Made by a program: the position numbers and the translations under genes
Shown here: positions 24,501-36,800 of the stretch, piece by piece
How positions within the stretch are numbered: position 1 is the stretch's first letter
Layout: every line of letters starts with the position of its first letter
Notes under the pieces: generated by a model
What the model was told of the DNA's origin: nothing
The model's database searches: none
Seen by the model: only the letters and a program-made list of their open reading frames with translations
Origin: Psammoneis japonica
Lineage: Eukaryota
Direction of reading: 5' to 3'
Assembly: GCA_008632985.1 (NCBI GenBank)
Contig: QPGO01000273.1
Coordinates: 1 to 64,000, forward strand
Length of the DNA: 64,000 bases

Positions 24501-27321
24501 CGAGTGTGTTGACAAACTCTTTGTCCGTCTTGGTGCCGTAGACGTCAGTGACGGCAGACTCAGTGCCAACAAACAGTTGGGCACTGGTGCAACCAGAGTC
24601 GACGGCCGGGGTGTCGGCATGGACGGTGTCAGTGGTGACAGGCTCGTTGCGGCGGTGCACATTAAGGGCGGGGTTGGGTGATTTGCAGGCCTTCCTAAGG
24701 TGTGCACCGGCGGGCATGCGGGCGCACTGCGTGGTGCAGTCAAAAGTACGACGGACCGTGTCGGCAGGTGGGAAGCCAAAGTGAGGCCGAAGAGACTCGA
24801 AGGGCAGGTCCTTGGGCTGTGCAGTGCGCTCCGGGGGCGGGACGTCGTCGTCCTTGGGGTCAATCGCGTGCAGATGACACTCGCAGAACACGTCGTCGTT
24901 CGGAATGAGGTGATCATCGAGGGCGGACGCGTGATCGGCAGACAAGGAAGCGGACATGATGGTCTCGTTGACAACGACACGATGACGGTGGTTGCCGCAT
25001 TCGTCAAACTGCAACATGCAGCTACCAACAAGAGTCAATGCATCACGGCGATGTGTCACAGCCTTTAAATGTCACAAAGGGCGTGACAAAAACAACCTTT
25101 TGTCTGCATGCATGCTTCAAAACAGGTTGGCAGTGGGATCGTCCTGCAGGTCAGAGATCGCGTCGTACCACTGGTCGTCATCAGTGACAGAGTGATCGAG
25201 GATGGAAGGATCCCATGTGTCATCACCGGTGAGGATGACATGGGGCAGGGTGTCCCATTCGGCGTCAGTGCAAGGTCGCATGGCAACACAAGGCAGGCCG
25301 GCCTTGATGTCAATGGGGATGACATGGCCATCAGGAGTGGCAACACGTTGCAAGCCGTTGGGCACCTTGACAGAGCGATCGTTGACATCCTGTTTGTGCC
25401 ATTCGAGCTGGCCGCAGGAATGGATGGTCTTGCCCTTGCCCGTGTGTGCGCACTGATGGAGGATGGCGATGATGGGACCACGCTGGGTCTCAATGACGGC
25501 ACCAGCGGTGACAATGGGGATGTCCACCAATTGATGGTCGTCAATGCCCTGAACGTCGACTTGGCGAGAGGTGCGTGCAATGACGCGAACGTCGTTGCCA
25601 GCAATGCCGCCGTTGGCCCCACGATCGACTAGAGTGCCAGTGCGTGTGGAGCGATGAGCAGAGGCAGAGCAAATGACATTGTGGTTGTCAACGCGGCGGC
25701 AAGTGCGGCCGTTAAGTTCTGTGTCATCGGCAGAAGCTGGCGGGGCAGAGGGAGCGGCGGATGGCCCCGGTCGACCAGCATTGGGGGCTTGGTTAGGAGA
25801 CAACAGACGGCGCAGATCACCGGGTGGCAGTGGCTTGCGCTTGGTGAGGTGTGCCAGGATGGGATTGTCCGAAGTGGCACCCACATTTGGAGTGGAGTCA
25901 TCAGAGTCAGCAGGAGTCGTGTTGGACAAGTTGACATCACCGTTGCTCCCAAGGCGTTGGTCGTGAAGGTTGGCTGTAACGGACTCATGGCAGTTGCTGT
26001 CTCGCGGGTTACGGGGAGGCGGACGAGAATGCTCAAGGATGATCGCCTTGGAGGAATGGGGCAACGAATCCCAAATCCGTTGGTGGTCGGGAGGGAGACG
26101 TTTCCATTGGTCACTGGTGAGGCTGGGACCACGGGTGTGGGCAGCATTGGCCTGAAGGACGTCAATGTCAATGTCAATGTCGTAGAACACATCGTCGGAC
26201 GGTTCCTCGGAGCAGACGTCGTGTGCGCATGTGGCGCGGCGGGGAGCTCGAGGTGTCATCTTGGGTTGAAACGCACTGTCGCATTGGGCTGCTGCGGAGA
26301 GGAGCAAGCCACAGCATTGATCGCATGTGAGGCTCTTGCCACTCTGCGTGCGATGCTGATCAGCTTGGTTCTTGACAGCACGGAGTTCCTCGACAGGGTG
26401 CACGGCATTCTCGAGCATGACGCGCTTCTGTCCTTCAGAGAAGTGGTCACTGGCCGGGATGAGTGCCTCGCACTTGCGCAACTGATCTTGCCAATGAAGG
26501 ATGAACCCGTGGGTCGGACCTTTCCAAGTGCCATCACCAAGACGTGCGGTGGTGAGGTGCGTCAGCAGGGTGGAGGACTCGACAGATGCGCGGGTGGAGG
26601 CGAGCGCGCACTCAGACAAGGCGCGGCAGACGGTCTGTGCGTCAGAAGACCCCACATTTTCGCGGATGAGAGCCTTGCCCTTGTTGGTGAGAAGGATGCG
26701 TTCGAAGACGGCGAACATGTGCTTTTGCAGTTCAGCAAAGAGCAGTTTGTCTTCGGGGCTGGTCGGTTTGTACGACGAGTCTGGGGTGCACTCGACGTCT
26801 TGGGCACGGGCTTGTGCCACAAGTGAGGTGTGCCAAGTGTGCCACTGCTTGTTGGATTTGAGAGCCGTGAAAGCGGTGGGATCACGCTTGATGCCTCGCT
26901 TGAAGTCCCACACCGGGTTGCGTGCCTTGGTCGGGTTGGTGACATGCGGAGGTGCGAGGGGTGAGCTGCCGATGGACACAGAAGACATGCAGTCGGGGCT
27001 GAGGCGGTGGGCAAGGAACTCGTCATGCGTGAACAACGAGGAGTCATTGGCAACGTCAAGACCTTTGTGTGCTTTGACAATGCACAGACCAACTGGAGCT
27101 GCTAACATGTTCTCACAACCACGGGGCAAAGGGATCACATTGGTGCCATTGTCGTGCTCAAGCGAGTCGATTTGGGACGGTGTGAACGTGAACAGTTCTT
27201 GATGCGAGTCCGTGCCGTCTTGTGCCAAAGCCAAACGGAGAGGGCTCCCAGCACCTTGGGCAAGCACGGTTCCAACAACGTGCTCGAAACCATCGGTTTG
27301 TTGCTGACGAGTGAGAACCAT
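21528..27321 (-). pseudogene. gag-pol polyprotein of copy 1, broken by a 110-bp insert carrying a stop and a 2-bp deletion ~23373
   Basis: MVLTRQQ start; protease LVDRGANGG; integrase TTDT/IGDRA/NFAERR; RT KARLVADG and YVDD; RNase H VDANL/GSEF/GDNKS/NPADILSK; many Tyr->Cys/His. Confidence 0.93.
25010..25119. mobile_element. 110-bp TG..CA insertion with 4-bp TSD (solo LTR or MITE)
   Basis: Absent from copy 2 (~51050); flanked by AAAC at 25006-25009 and 25120-25123; imperfect terminal IR; internal hairpin 25054-25088. Confidence 0.8.
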
Positions 27322-28243
27322 GGCAGACAAAAGTGGTGTCAGGACAAACAATTCTTGTTGGGAAGCGAGGGCAGACTTGAAGCTTGGGTGAGAACAGACT
27401 TGACTTGAAATGGGCTTGACTTGAAATCTTGATCCATCTTAAAATCAGAAGTCGCCGGGCTTTGCCATCCCGTTCGTTGTCAAGTGCTAAACTTCCTGTC
27501 TGGTCCGCAGAGTTGTGCCGGCACGTCCGAACCCGCAGCCAGCGGCGCTTTGGGTTGCTTGCGAGCGGAGCAGCGGGTTGCAAACCCCTGCAGGCAAGCT
27601 GACCAGAGGTGAACAAGACCCCCAAACCGTTCTCATTTTACATCGGTTGGATTTCCCGATCAGGCTGGCCAGTTGACGCAGGCGTTGGGCGCTGTGGACG
27701 AACGAACAAACGCGGGAAAGCACCCTCGCCCCAACGCAGGCTGCAATCACGGCTGCTTGCTCTCACAGTCGTCCTCGTGGACCCAGTGGAACTGCAGAGC
27801 ACCAGCAGTCCGGGGTGGATCAGGTGCAATGGACTCGGTGTGCTTGTAGAGTGGTGGCAAAACCGCAGTCCGAAGAGTGGGTGCAGGTTCTTGGCCGTGA
27901 AGACATGTGTGTGTGCACATGTCTTCAGCGACGAAGATCCTTGAATGTGCAGGGTTCTTGACCGTCAACCGATGAATGGGCACATCAAGGGATGAGGATC
28001 AAGGACAGACTTGGATGTGACCGTTGAATGCATGTCTTCAGCGATCAAAGGCAGTGCAATCAATCCAGATGTCCAGCGGCAAGGAGACTTGACGGTGACG
28101 TTAACTTCCTGCCGATGCCCTGGCATTGAATGCGCGTAGACTTGCCGATGTGTGTAGAACATGTGCGCAGGTCCACGTAGAATTGAAACAGCATTGTTGG
28201 TGAATCAACGACGATGATGGCGGTTGCTCAATGGGTTGACAAT

Positions 28244-28260
28244 GAGCAAGACTGTTGATC
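28244..28260 (-). promoter_or_regulatory. Putative primer-binding site of copy 1 (GATCAACAGTCTTGCTC)
   Basis: Immediately internal to the 5' LTR; same as the copy 2 site except one TA->CA change. Confidence 0.6.
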
Positions 28261-28537
28261 TGACAGAAAATTGAAGGCAAATGGCAAGAGTTCAAACAAT
28301 GACTCCTTGCTGCTGTCTAAATGGCAGATGAGTCTCCGCTCAGAGACCTTTGCAGGAGCCGAAAGACGTGCAAGTCGGTACAATCGGGCTGCTGTTGTTG
28401 TTCTTGTGAGCCTTGTGGCTCGAAAGCAAACTACATCGCGCGCGAACGCGCGGAACTAAAGCACACAAAACTGTGCGCGGTAAACAAAACAGCGTGCGAC
28501 ATTTCGCGCGCACCCAAATCCTGTTCAAATCCTGTCA
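28261..28537 (-). repeat. 5' LTR of copia copy 1
   Basis: TG..CA, 277 bp, repeat of 21304-21580. Confidence 0.97.
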
Positions 28538-29720
28538 ACAAAGTGCAAATCATGTGTCAGTTGACTGGAACTTTTGCACGTGGCCAGGTGGTTTGCAGAT
28601 GATGGTCAAGCACCTCTTGGATGGCAGAGCAGATTTCTCTAAGATCTGCCTCTCACTCTTTCTTGCTGGTGCGTGTGTTGCCACTGCTGCCAGTTTGTGG
28701 GGAGGTCTTGCATGTTTGTCACCTCTTGCTGTCTCACCACATCATCAGGTTGTGGCATTGTCTTGTTGCATGCTCTTCTGTGGTGCAATCTTGTCCTGGC
28801 TCACTTGGCTTGTGCAAGCCACAAACAAGCCCGCTGCATTTTTTCATCCTCGATTTGTTTTTTCTTGGCATCATGCCCACAAAAAAGTGCTGCACTTCTT
28901 CTGTGTGTGTGTGTTCAAAAATCAATGCACGAACCTCAACCATGGTGAATCTCCCACAACCACTCAATGATGCATGAGTCAACCACATGCTCTGCAAGAG
29001 TTGTCCAAACAATGTGCGCAGCGCAACTTTCATTCTGGGCTGCTTCTTTGATGATCCAAAACACACTCAAGCCAAGGAAATTGTCTGCATGCTGGCTCAG
29101 AGCTGTGGCATCAATGAGCTCATTTTGCCCCAGTTGATCTTGCCAACGTTTAACCACCACCTGTGCTGCCAAGAAAGATGTGCCAAAGGTGAAAGCTCTG
29201 AAAGATGATGATGGCTCATGTCGTTTCTCCTGTCAAATGCTCCGTCACAAAATCCAACTTGCTGTCATGCATGAAAGTGGTGGCTGCAAGACCAGAGTTG
29301 AGAAAAGACCAAGCAATGAAATGCATCTGTCATGATTGGAGCGAGGAGCTCTCTGATGACACCCTCTGCTGCACTCTCCAAAGCGTGGTGCACCCAGCGC
29401 TGCACCTGTGACCAATGCCAAGTCGAGCTCCATTGACAACCACCCATCTGTGCTCAACCCAAGCAAAGATTGGAAAGCCCAGTGGGAGGAATGGGGGGCA
29501 GGAGGGCTGGCAGAAGAAGGCATCGAAGCACAGCTGCCAAAGAGAAGGGGGAGCTGGCGGGTGGAGTGGAGAAAGGGAAGGTGGTGCAGCCATGCACAGG
29601 AGAGATGGAGGCAGCAAAGCTTTGATCGGCCACTGCAACATCAGGGGCACCAAAATAAATAAAAGAGTTGGCAAGGCAGTTGTCGACACACAGGAGAGGA
29701 GGTTGTCAAAGGAATGAAAG
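28538..29720. other. TpA/CpG-depleted degenerate sequence; right flank of copy 1
   Basis: Composition as in the other hypermutated domains. Confidence 0.65.
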
Positions 29721-30013
29721 GATTCTCCTCTAGCCGGCCGGCCCATCCCATCCGTCCCGCCCGGCCCGCCCACCGCACCGTGCACGATCAGCACGCGCGC
29801 TCACTCACAATCAGCTAGAAGTTTTGGGTTATGAGCACCAAAAAATCTGATCATGCGGATGCATGCTAGCTAGCTAGCATCATGGCCCATGGCCCATGGT
29901 GGTCCTGAAAAAAAAAAAACACTGAGAGCATTCGCAGCGTTTATTGCCGAGCTCATAATGGTGTAAAGCATCGCCATATTAGTCTATATTAGGATTCGAT
30001 AGAAATAACCACA

Positions 30014-30863
30014 ATGTTCTTTGGTGAACGCGACAGCGACCGCCCCCCACCGGACAAGACTGTGACGTTTTTCAACATTTCGAAATCCACCTTGATTCGC
30101 TATGCAGGAAAGATCTTGGAACCTCCCCACTCTTTGCCAGTTCAACTGGTCGAGACTGATGGTGGTTTTGTGAATACCTCCATTGTTGAGGCTACGGAAA
30201 AGAATGGACTGGTCATTCGTTGGGATCTTACCGGGCGGAAAGTCCGGCGCCTATGCCGACGCACTCGGGATGTCAAGAACCTTTGTGATTTCTGATTCCT
30301 ACTTTTCACAAAGCAGCATGCTGGTAGATTCTGAGGGATTCCTCAAACATGGCTTGGAACCATTGAAAATGTTTTACGAGAACGGTGGGACCATTGTGGT
30401 CATGTGCGAAGAAGGCATCTACGCGATAGGCAGACCACTGGAGTCTGAATTTGGATGCGACTGGCACCTCAGCGGAGTTGAGAATGAAACATGTATCCCT
30501 ACGGAAACAGGTCGAGAGCACTTTGGAAGCGAGGTGGTTGAAGAGCTTTACGCGGGCAAGGGTCATTTCATGAGTGTACCAGACGGGGAAGGCCTGTATC
30601 ATGTCAAGACTCTGGACTATGAAGCATACAAATCCGAATACTGCGGTCTGTGCTCTGACGAAGAATACTCGGACGACGAGCTTGAACATTGTCGCCAATC
30701 CTATGAGAAGTATGTCCGCGAAAACAGGACTAAATGCCTTTTGGCAGTCCACGAAAATGACAAGGGTGGTCGCATTGTGTGGATGGGAGATCGGAATCAG
30801 GAAGACCCCAAGATGCGTGGACTGTTTGCTAAGCTTTGCAGCGAAGAAATTGCGGAATGTTGA
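30014..30863 (+). CDS. Hypothetical protein; two overlapping ORFs joined by an apparent frameshift ~30190
   Basis: ORFs 30014-30295 and 30183-30863 have normal composition and read as one protein. Confidence 0.5.
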
Positions 30864-31184
30864 CATTGCATAGCACAGCAACCGCAAAAGGAAGATAAAT
30901 CAATTTCATATCGTATTTGGATTTGCGTCATCCACATTCTCAGTAAAACACAAAAGGGAGACTGTTGTCAATGCGTAAGCGCAAAAAAACATATAATTTG
31001 TCACTTTTATAGGGTGGGCTCTAAACATGCATTCACAAGCAAAAATAGAATGGGAGAAGAGGCGAGTTTGACAGATATGTCTTGTTGAAATACATTGTTC
31101 AAGGATGAGCCCCATGGTCTCATGATTCCGCAGGGCGTAGCCCTAGAGTGTAGATCTGAAGTTCCTTGTCAGCTTGTTTCCAAA

Positions 31185-32875
31185 TCATGCTCTCTCGCTA
31201 ACCAAAAAAAAAAGAGAATGAAAGTCCCGCTTGAGCAATAAATCGAGGGACGTGTAATTCAAACCGTGGACAGCATGTTGAATCACATCTTCGTCAAGAC
31301 GGTGATGGTCCCGAAGCCATGTAGAGTACTCGACAACAGCCTTTTTGGTGTCGCTCCAGACCGGCAAACAAGCAGCAAAAGTTTTGCTGTAGCGATTCTC
31401 TCCTTCAGGTCGCTGACGGAGTTTGGAGTTCCACAAAACGGATGCAAGAAAAGAGAGAGCACCTGAGGTTCGATCTTCAGGCCCAAGCAGTAGGAATCCC
31501 AAATCGAACTTCTCCAAGTGCTCAACAACGGCTGCCAGCACCTTGCCGCTCGCCACCATCTCGAAGAACGACCCGTCTAGCTCTTCTGAGCGAACAAGGG
31601 CTCTCATGTTGGGGTATTTTGCTTTCATGTGGCGCTTCAAAGCAGATTCAAACGGGTTGGTATCCGACAGGAATTCAAAATTATGAAACCTTTGTTCTGC
31701 CAAGGGCCGAAAAAGGGCATTGATCTGAGCTGCAGTGTTGACGACAGTAGACCATCGAATCTTGCTCGGCGACGTGATATAGATCTGAAGGATCTCATTT
31801 ACTCTCGGAGAGAAAAACTTCACAAATGCACACCCCCTCTTTGGCTCATGAACCCGCCACCAACACAAGGCACTTTCTCCCCACGGCTCCTCCATCTTGG
31901 CGCTTAGAGCAGCGATAAAGTTATCGACAGTCGCCTGTCTGCGGTCTCGACGTACCTCCATGGCATCATGCTGTTCTATGCTTTTCCGGCGCCTTTCATC
32001 AGCAAGAACACTCGCGCGCTCCTTAGTGGAATAATAGGTATCCAAAAATTCGGAGTAGGCTTCAGCTGGTGGAGCGAGAAGCTTCGATTCAAGATAATCT
32101 TCAATGCTGCCACAAAAAGTCGCCATTGCATCAATGTCCTTGAATGTAACCAATGGACCAATCCGCTCGTTTGATGGTGTAAAACGGGGCCCTTTCCAAA
32201 CATAGTATGTTGTTTCCGTCTCCGGTTCATCTGATAACAGCGACAACCGGCGAGGACGAAACTCGCGGACGCAGACTCGGTCGTGATCGAAAATAGCCTG
32301 ATAAAAAGGATTCCGTTGGAATCTAGTCCATTTCGTATCCCATAGAACGGTGAGTGGGTCTTTGGTTGACTTGGCAATACAGTCCCAGCATGCAAAAACT
32401 CCGTATAACTGGTGGACATACTTGACGGAGCTAATGTTGCAAAACTCGCAGCGCTTCCCGTTAGCAAGTCTCAAAAGACGCAATGGAGAAGGGACGTGAA
32501 TGGATTTATGCTTCATCGAATGACGCAGATTGCTCATCGTGTGCCCCCCAAAACCATAACGGTGCAGCACAGCGTTCTGGGCCCTGGCTCCACCTCGAAG
32601 AATGGAACTTTGAACTACCATGGGAACGTAACACATTTCATGAGCGCCTTGCTCAAAAACGCGAGATTGTAGAGCTCTCGTGGTCCTAAAAATGCCATGA
32701 CAAGAGCCCAGTTATCCTCGTTGAGCTGAAGAGCGTCCTGTTTCGTCTTGCCAGAAGAGGAAATATTCGTACGACGTCGCTTGGTTTGTCTCCGAAGTTC
32801 CGTAGAACCCGCCTCCAGCGATGATCGCGTCCTCATTTTACTTTCGTTTCGTTTTGATCGGGTCAACATGGCCAT
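31185..32875 (-). CDS. Hypothetical protein with N-terminal F-box-like motif and CxxC...CxxC; apparent frameshift ~32625
   Basis: LNEDNWALVMAFLGPRELYNLAFLSK, then the 483-aa ORF with RCEFC...ACWDC. Confidence 0.55.
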
Positions 32876-33868
32876 AGGAGGATGAAAGATAACTCTTTTT
32901 ATGCGATACCCACTTCAGCTGAAGTTGTGACCAAGTGTGGCGACCACAGAGAAAGATTCTTCTCCATCGAAACTCACACGTGTGAGCTTTGCTGTAGTCA
33001 CATATTCAACCATTCCCGGCAACAGGCATTCTCAGATTCAGTTCAAATGCACCACTGTCTGCTCCTAAAGAATACAGGATCCCGCGGGAATGGTATCCGT
33101 AATTTCGGTTAGTGCTGTTTCCTCTTGCATATTTAGTACAATCAATTGTTTGCTTGTCCCATAAAAAATCGGGATATGCGTTGGGTGGCTCAACTGACAG
33201 AACTGGCTCAGCCAGAGAATGCACGGGGAACAATCGGAGTATTGCGGCATTGTCGACTCCGTCCCATCGCGCATCCGTGCAAAGCTGAGCGTTGTGAGAC
33301 TGCAAGCGCAGAAGAGGGAAGAAAGTGAGGCATGCATTCTGATGGATCGTTAGGATCGGAGCGCGTGTTTCGAAGCATGGCCCTGCGGTACGTCATCGTT
33401 CCATGCAAAGTCCTGCTGTCTCATGTTGCATCGCGCGCGTCGTCTTGAAAACTGCACTCAAAGCATCCACGATGAACACGACAAACGAATGCATCATAAA
33501 GCACAGCTAGTAAATAATGCAGGTCTTCTGGGTGTTGTAGTCAGAGTAGTGCCGGTGATTTCACAGCAACGTTGTATTCATAGTTGCCGCCGCTGTTTTG
33601 TTCCCCGCCATTTTGGATTTTCTTCGGGCCTTTTCTCCTTGCGCGCCGATGCGCGCGCAGACACGATCGCGCGAAAAGATACTTTGTCACACTTTCTGAT
33701 AATGACGACTCATGACGTCACGTTCAGCATTTCAAAAATTTCGTGATTGCATTTCTCGAAGCGTTGCGTTCGCTTTGCCCATGGCGGACCATTCATCTCT
33801 CTCTTGACGGCGGCATTTCTTTTGATAGAATTGGGTATCTCGGGCTTCCTTAAGGCCATAGCATTGAC

Positions 33869-36800
33869 ATGGAGAATTTTGTGTTGGGTTTCTTCCAGGA
33901 ACAATTGAGCAAGGTGAGAAGGTTTACTCTCGGCATTCTCAGGCCTCAGGCGTTGACAGACAGCAAACATTCCATACTGTGCTAACGTGTTGTTTGTTGA
34001 CGTTGTCAATAACATAGTTCATTGTGGGATTCCGTAAAGAGCAAGTTAATGCTAATTTACTGAATGGCAAGGGCGAAATTACGGACGTGTCTCTAAACTG
34101 CGCCGCTCTGAACGATGTGCTCGCTACCGTGACACCCCTCGTAGAGCTCGAGTCTGTCTCTATATCACAGCTCGGCTTTCACGTCACGTCTTGGTCTAAT
34201 TTAAAAAAGGCTCCCATTGTCATTGATGTGGGCGACGTGAACGTGGTCATTGTAGAGCCGTTGCACTATTTGAAAAGCGGGGAGCGAAAAGAAATCCAGC
34301 AGATTTCAACCAGCGAATTGGATAGACTTGTTCAGAGTGGAGTCCGGAATGCGTTTTTGCGCGGTCCATACAACCTGTTTGATCGAATCATGGATAATTT
34401 GGCGTTGGAAATCAAATCCATTCACGTTTCGTTTCAACCGCGTGGTAAATTCAAGACTCGACGAACCGGGCCATGGACACCACCCAAGTTGGTGGCGACG
34501 CTGAAACGTGTCAAGTTTGTGGGTGTCAATGAATACGGACAAGAGGCGGATCCGGAAGAAGTGTGGCAACACAATCGTCACCATCCCAAAAACCAACCCC
34601 ATCATGAACGGACGTTTACAATATACAAGAAATTGTCAATGGAATGCACCGCATCGTTGCAACCACCTACTGAGACTCTGCCGCCTCTTGTGAAGGATGG
34701 GCAGGTGGAAATTCACTTTGCGCTTTTGAAACGGCTAAGAGATGCCGCTATTTTGGCGGTGCAAGTCGATGCTACCCTGTCCAATATTGAAGTAAAAGTC
34801 GAGGAGTCCATGGTTCCGCATCTGGCGCATGCTGTTGCAGGCTTTCAGTACTGTTTTGCAAAAGATCGTGCCTTTGAAGATCCACTCTTGGGTGATTCGT
34901 CTGCCCCTGCAGAAGTCGCCGAGAGCGTTGAAACGTCCTTATCGACATCATGCCGGAATATTCAAGTCGATGACGGTAGTTCTGGACAATCTTCTTCCGT
35001 AAATGTGAAAGGAGGTTCCACCCCAGTGTCTGAGGATGTTGAAGCGGAAGGAGACATATCTTCGTCTGACGACGATGATTATGAGGAAGACGTTCAGGCA
35101 TCATCTCAACAAATGGCGCAGCAGCAACGTCCCACGGGAGCCGCTAATCCAGCACGCACGCCCTACACATCTACGCCTTCTCGAGGGGACCGGCCGGTTC
35201 TTCTGTTACCCAACGGGATGGTCATTTATCAAAAACTCTCGCTTAGTTTATCGATTCATCACTTGTCGGTTCGTGGTATCTACAACGAACAAGCAAATGG
35301 CCATGTACAGCTCGACGTCCGAGGGCTAGTTGCGGAACTCATGTGGCCAAAGACAACCGGGGTACGAAGAATGCAATTGTTTTTGCAAAGGCCGTTGGTA
35401 TTGGTTGTTCGCGTCTTACACAATTCTTCGTGCGTCACTGCCTCTTGCAGGAGAAGGGAGCATATGGCCAGGTATCTCTATCGTATGTGTCGGTACAGGA
35501 ACGACATGGCAAGCGAAGTCGGTCCATTCTTGTGGGTGGTGTACACGATGACATCAATCTTGGACCCTTGGAAAATTCTGCTGGAGCTTTCACGGAATCC
35601 ATGGGGGATATCAACTTTCCGCTCTTTGAGAGTCGATCGATACGCGAGGACCCCCTTGGATTGCGGCATTCGTTTCCCGCGCAAGCTTTTGGTCTCAAAA
35701 CGACCGTGGACTTTTTGCCAAGCGTACGTATGCACGGAGCATTCGATTGTTGTTTGTTGACTCTGAACTTACGTGTCATCTTGTCTTTTCGCAGCCTTCT
35801 GGTGACAAGGATGATATCATGGTGCTTCATGAGGTCGGTATGGACCGATTCGCGGCAGTCGTAGACTCGGAGGCATGGTCCCGGGCATTAATGTTTCTCT
35901 TGAATAAGGATGGTGGTGGCTTTGATCCGCGATGGCATTCTGGGGACTGGGTTGATGTCTTGACTGCCGAAATGCTTGTGCATCCGTCTCAAAACTTCGT
36001 TTTCGACGATCATATTCAGCCCATGAAGGAAATATTCTTGGATGAGAACCACTTGATATCGTCAGACTTGTTCAACGTCACAGCGAGACTTTCAAACATG
36101 GAGCTTCGTATCCCTGCAGCGATAGAGGAGGATGTGCGCTCTTGTGATTTCATCATGTCAGTGTCGGAATCTATGCTGTTGGTTTCCTCTGCTCTTCCCC
36201 GGACATTCCTCAATGGCAAACTTGGCAAAAAATCGACTTCAAAAGAGGGGGGCACTTTGATTGCCTTTCCCAATGATCCTTCTGATATCTGCTACTCCAT
36301 GGAAGAAAAGGAGGACCCGTCGATTCGGCAGACTGGATCAGATATTGCTCGTACCGTTTCGACGTTCCGACTTCAACTTACCGTGCGAGGGCACTCTGTT
36401 CGAATTTCTCCCGTGATCCCCTTTTGCGATGGAGCGAAGCCGCAGCAGCTTCTATCGCCCGAGGATATTACGTTGATGGCGTGCTTCGAAGGCGAACCTC
36501 CGGACGACTCATTGGGTGCAAATCAAACGAAGCTTGCACTCTTTACGTCGATTCTTATTCAACAGGCGGAAGTCGATTGCGATTTCGATCTCTTAGCAGG
36601 GGCAATATGTACCGTCCGTCATCACGTCACGGTGATTCGCGATGCATTGGACAGCCTCAGACAAGCAGGGATTCTCCCCGAAGCTGCTCCACAAGCACCA
36701 TCTGAATCAAAGCGACTAGAGAGAATAAAAAGTGACATTAATGGCCGACGTGTGTCTGTTCGGAGGCAACTACAGAAAAGCAGGAAAGCCGGCGGACTGA

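Larger units (their letters stand above)
21304..28537 (-). mobile_element. Full-length Ty1/copia LTR retrotransposon (CoDi-like), copy 1, defective
   Basis: 277-bp TG..CA LTRs at 21304-21580 and 28261-28537; 5-bp TSD ACAAA at 21299-21303 and 28538-28542; domain order gag-PR-IN-RT-RH. Confidence 0.97.

Noticed and set aside
25009..25123. The 110-bp insert read as a GT..AG intron on the element strand
   Set aside because: Splicing from the GT of one TSD to the AG at the other removes 115 nt, one too many, and shifts the frame.
22503..26826. Long antisense ORFs over the copia pol, mirrored in copy 2
   Set aside because: Shadow ORFs caused by codon bias and stop depletion; no recognisable motifs.
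21528..27321. Alternative genetic code or selected Tyr->Cys/His recoding
   Set aside because: The same change affects non-coding LTRs and leader, differs between copies, and host genes use Tyr codons normally.
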